Source of the DNA: a phage
Sequence record: EF517024.1
Strand: one strand, 5' to 3'
DNA length: 566 bases
Part shown: positions 1 to 566 of the stretch, in pieces
Layout: the number at the start of each line of letters is the position of its first letter
Numbering within the stretch: position 1 is the stretch's first letter
The notes under the pieces: generated by a model
Database searches by the model: none
What the model was told of the DNA's origin: nothing
What the model saw: only the letters and a program-made list of their open reading frames with translations
Position numbers and translations under genes: made by a program

Positions 1-1
1 C

Positions 2-106
2 TGGGAAAAAGAAAACCCACCAGTACAAGCAACTGAGTGTATAGCTTGCTTAGAGAAAGATAACCGTTATCCACACACATCTGTAACAAAGGAGCTAACG
101 ATATGA
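2..106 (+). CDS. 5'-partial ORF encoding a peptide like the N-terminal extension of T7 gp1.7, in a different frame from the kinase body; ends at TGA 104-106, overlapping the kinase ATG (ATGA)
   Basis: The frame beginning at position 2 is open from the window start and reads WEKENPPVQATECIACLEKDNRYPHTSVTKELTI then stop. Up to ...RYPHT this matches my recollection of T7 gp1.7 residues about 9-34, then diverges where a roughly 2-nt indel near 80-83 changes the frame. The kinase frame has stops at 34-36 (TGA) and 61-63 (TAA), so it cannot extend upstream. Confidence 0.45.
   Translation, partial: WEKENPPVQATECIACLEKDNRYPHTSVTKELTI
89..94 (+). promoter_or_regulatory. Shine-Dalgarno ribosome binding site for the kinase ORF
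   Basis: AAGGAG is a perfect match to the SD core, with 8-nt spacing to the ATG at 103. Confidence 0.8.
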
Positions 107-566
107 CCGAACGTGAACAAGAGATGATTATTAAGTTGATAGACAATAATGAAAGTCGCCCAGATGATTTGAATGGCTGCGGTATTCTCTGTTCCAATGT
201 CCCTTGCCACCTCTGCCTCGCAAATAACGATCAAAAGATAACCTTAGGTGAAATCCGAGCGATGGACCCACGTAAACCATATCTGAATAAACCTGAGGTA
301 ACTCCTACAGATGACCAGCCTTCCGCTGAGACAATCGAAGGTGTCACTAAGTCTTCCCACTATATGCTGTTTGGCGACATTGAGGCTATCGAAGTGATTG
401 CTCGTTCAATGACCGTTGAGCAGTTCAAGGGATACTGCTTCGGTAACATCTTAAAGTACAGACTACGTGCTGGTAAGAAGTCAGAGTTAGCGTACTTAGA
501 GAAAGACCTAACGAAAGCAGACTTCTATAAAGAATTCTTTGAGAAACATAAGGATAAATGTTATGC
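103..566 (+). CDS. 1.7: T7 gene 1.7-like nucleotide (dTMP/dGMP) kinase; 3' end runs off the window (154 complete codons, no stop seen)
   Basis: ATG at 103-105 lies 8 nt downstream of AAGGAG (89-94). The frame is open to the window end. Translation: MTEREQEMIIKLIDNNESRPDDLNGCGILCSNVPCHLCLANNDQKITLGEIRAMDPRKPYLNKPEVTPTDDQPSAETIEGVTKSSHYMLFGDIEAIEVIARSMTVEQFKGYCFGNILKYRLRAGKKSELAYLEKDLTKADFYKEFFEKHKDKCY. From memory this is near-identical to T7 gp1.7 from its internal Met (about residue 42) to near the C-terminus. The other + frames and all minus frames are broken by stops. Confidence 0.85.
   Translation, partial: MTEREQEMIIKLIDNNESRPDDLNGCGILCSNVPCHLCLANNDQKITLGEIRAMDPRKPYLNKPEVTPTDDQPSAETIEGVTKSSHYMLFGDIEAIEVIARSMTVEQFKGYCFGNILKYRLRAGKKSELAYLEKDLTKADFYKEFFEKHKDKCY
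550..554 (+). promoter_or_regulatory. Probable Shine-Dalgarno site for the downstream overlapping small gene
   Basis: AAGGA lies 8 nt upstream of the ATG at 563-565 and is embedded in the kinase coding sequence. Confidence 0.4.
563..566 (+). CDS. 1.8: Probable start of the next small ORF (T7 gene 1.8-like, function unknown), overlapping the kinase 3' end; only the first 4 nt are in the window
   Basis: ATG at 563-565 is in a different frame from the kinase and is preceded by AAGGA at the proper spacing. In T7, as I recall, gene 1.8 starts a few nt before the gene 1.7 stop. The body of this ORF is not visible. Confidence 0.35.

Noticed and set aside
71-79. Short CA-rich run (ccacacaca)
   Set aside because: Too short to count as a simple-sequence repeat; it is ordinary coding sequence (Pro-His-Thr).
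64-103. Possible programmed -1 ribosomal frameshift joining the upstream ORF to the kinase frame
   Set aside because: A shift would have to occur between the last kinase-frame stop (61-63) and 103, and that stretch has no slippery heptamer of the X XXY YYZ type. An ordinary indel with reinitiation at the ATG is the simpler explanation.
1-230. Minus-strand frame open for about 76 codons at the window start
   Set aside because: Its start codon and any ribosome binding site would lie outside the window, it overlaps strongly supported + strand coding sequence, and T7-like genomes are transcribed on one strand. It is probably a spurious antisense open frame.
348-366. T7-promoter-like core CACTATA (358-364)
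   Set aside because: Only the -7 to -1 core matches. The upstream recognition region (-17 to -8) matches the consensus TAATACGACT at about 5 of 10 positions, with the key -11 to -8 bases wrong, and the start is TGC rather than GGG. It is most likely a chance match inside coding sequence.

Overview
The window is dominated by one + strand coding region whose product I recognise as a homologue of bacteriophage T7 gene 1.7 protein, the phage nucleoside-monophosphate (dTMP/dGMP) kinase. A strong ribosome binding site (AAGGAG, 89-94) precedes an ATG at 103, and that frame stays open for 154 codons to the window end. Upstream, a different + strand frame is open from the window start to a TGA at 104-106 and encodes a peptide that matches, from memory, the N-terminal extension of T7 gp1.7. 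In T7 I recall the extension and the kinase body as one continuous 196-codon ORF, so here the gene appears split by a roughly 2-nt indel near 80-83. The last 4 nt of the window look like the start of the next small gene (T7 gene 1.8-like), overlapping the kinase 3' end. No tRNA, rRNA, CRISPR, mobile element or convincing promoter or terminator is visible. All homology statements are from memory and were not checked by search; the frame split is the most notable observation and may be real biology, a laboratory mutation or a sequencing error.
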